Translations under genes and position numbers: made by a program
DNA from: Candidatus Altiarchaeota archaeon
GTDB lineage: Archaea; Altiarchaeota; Altiarchaeia; IMC4; SCGC-AAA252-I15
NCBI GenBank assembly: GCA_043813075.1
Contig: JBDRLL010000037.1
Coordinates: 1-37,818, forward strand
Length of the DNA stretch: 37,818 bases
Direction of reading: 5' to 3'
Part shown: positions 36,995 to 37,818 of the stretch, in pieces
Layout: each line of letters opens with the position of its first letter
Numbering within the stretch: position 1 is the first letter of the stretch
Notes under the pieces: model-generated
Database searches by the model: none
What the model saw: the letters and a program-made list of their open reading frames with translations, nothing else
Told to the model about the DNA's origin: nothing

Positions 36995-37237
36995 TCAGCT
37001 GCCTGGCCTGCCTCTCGAACCGCCGCCAAGCCCACGGCCGATGATGCCTAAACCCCCTATCCCCGACCCGCCGCGGCTGTTAAGCCCAGGCATGACCGGG
37101 CCGCCAGCAACAGACTCTTGCGCGTAGCTGACTATGGTCAGAACTAGTAGCACCACTATCCCGGCCACCAATATCCTGTCCACAGCATCCATGGACTTGA
37201 ATTTTTCCTTCAGATTATGTGGGCGTTCATCATCCAC
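36995..37237 (-). CDS. Small single-TM protein with Gly/Arg-rich tail
   Basis: 80 aa from GTG with GTGGTG upstream; ILVAGIVVLLVLTIVSYA hydrophobic helix. Confidence 0.5.
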   Translation of the reverse strand: MDDERPHNLKEKFKSMDAVDRILVAGIVVLLVLTIVSYAQESVAGGPVMPGLNSRGGSGIGGLGIIGRGLGGGSRGRPGS

Positions 37238-37420
37238 TTAAAACACCACTTCAACCAGATTTTAGTGGAGTATATGCGTGAAACACCTTAATATTCTGTT
37301 TGGTTCAATCATCGAACCAGTGGACGGTAAGAACACGGGATTCCCGGGGACGCTCACACGATCATACTCCCGCGTGTTTTTACCTACTTGACAGCATTCC
37401 CCGCAACTTGAAAAATAAAC

Positions 37421-37442
37421 ATTGGGGGTAATTACCCCCAAT
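37421..37442 (-). terminator. Perfect 22-bp palindrome followed by a T-tract
   Basis: ATTGGGGGTAATTACCCCCAAT lies 5 nt after the stop at 37448 and is followed by GTTTATTTTT on the minus strand. Confidence 0.7.
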
Positions 37443-37447
37443 ATCCT

Positions 37448-37597
37448 CTAGTACCCTGGTCTCTGCTTTCTGAAGCATTCCTTACAGTATACCGGTTTAC
37501 CTTCCGTGGGTTTAAACGGGACCTGACATGATTGTCCGCATTTGCTGCATACTGCATCATGCATCTCTCGTCCGAAACCATCATTAAAGTTTGCCAT
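37448..37597 (-). CDS. CxxC-x17-CxxC zinc-ribbon protein (49 aa)
   Basis: Below the ORF-track cut-off: MANFNDGFGREMHDAVCSKCGQSCQVPFKPTEGKPVYCKECFRKQRPGY*; SD GGAGGTGA at 37611-37604. Confidence 0.93.
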   Translation of the reverse strand: MANFNDGFGREMHDAVCSKCGQSCQVPFKPTEGKPVYCKECFRKQRPGY

Positions 37598-37633
37598 GTT
37601 GTTTCACCTCCAAATCTCTATCGATTTAATCCA

Positions 37634-37708
37634 CTAAACCATCAATCCCCTGCTCCTCAAGTCGAAAATTGACTGGCAGAGTAGTTGGGATAGTTGATCG
37701 TATTCCAT
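37634..37708 (-). CDS. Possible 24-aa upstream ORF
   Basis: MEYDQLSQLLCQSIFDLRSRGLMV* preceded by GAAGGTG. Confidence 0.3.
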   Translation of the reverse strand: MEYDQLSQLLCQSIFDLRSRGLMV

Positions 37709-37818
37709 CTGCACCTTCTCATTCTGTGCACGTACGGATTTTACAATGTCATTAAAATGAGTAATACCATCGCATATACGCCAAAAGCTATAAATCAAGG
37801 GGTGGGCCGCGTATTTCC

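Noticed and set aside
1-37818. CRISPR array, tRNA, rRNA, integrase or transposase
   Set aside because: No regularly spaced repeats, cloverleaf or recombinase motifs were seen by eye; intergenic gaps are short.

Overview
Gene-dense archaeal chromosomal segment. Archaeal markers are csl4-rpoL, archaeal-type pheS, gatA, HerA, DUF99 and class III-signal pilins. The many Thr-rich surface proteins suggest a DPANN/Altiarchaeota-like genome, but that is inference. Housekeeping genes (gatA, pheS, ahcY, mtnA, csl4, rpoL) alternate with accessory surface, glycosylation and signalling genes. No tRNA, rRNA, CRISPR array, integrase or transposase was seen. Most unusual observations: (1) an 88-bp insertion at the ahcY start that duplicates the first codons, creates a leader ORF and carries a perfect TTTTTCTTTTT / 2x AAAAAGAAAAA triplex- or switch-capable motif; (2) a 1002-bp tandem GT2 unit whose proteins are only ~66% identical yet share a 118/120-bp repeat containing a copy of the mtnA 3' end; (3) a large type IV pilin-like gene missed by the ORF track, whose distal domain has an abrupt, extreme codon bias; (4) a tandem pair of twin-arginine transglutaminase-like/TPR proteins, one with and one without the catalytic triad; (5) an apparently metal-site-dead phospholipase C/P1-nuclease-like surface protein; (6) a KaiC-type ATPase operon converging on three stand-alone receiver genes. 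All alignments and counts were done by hand.
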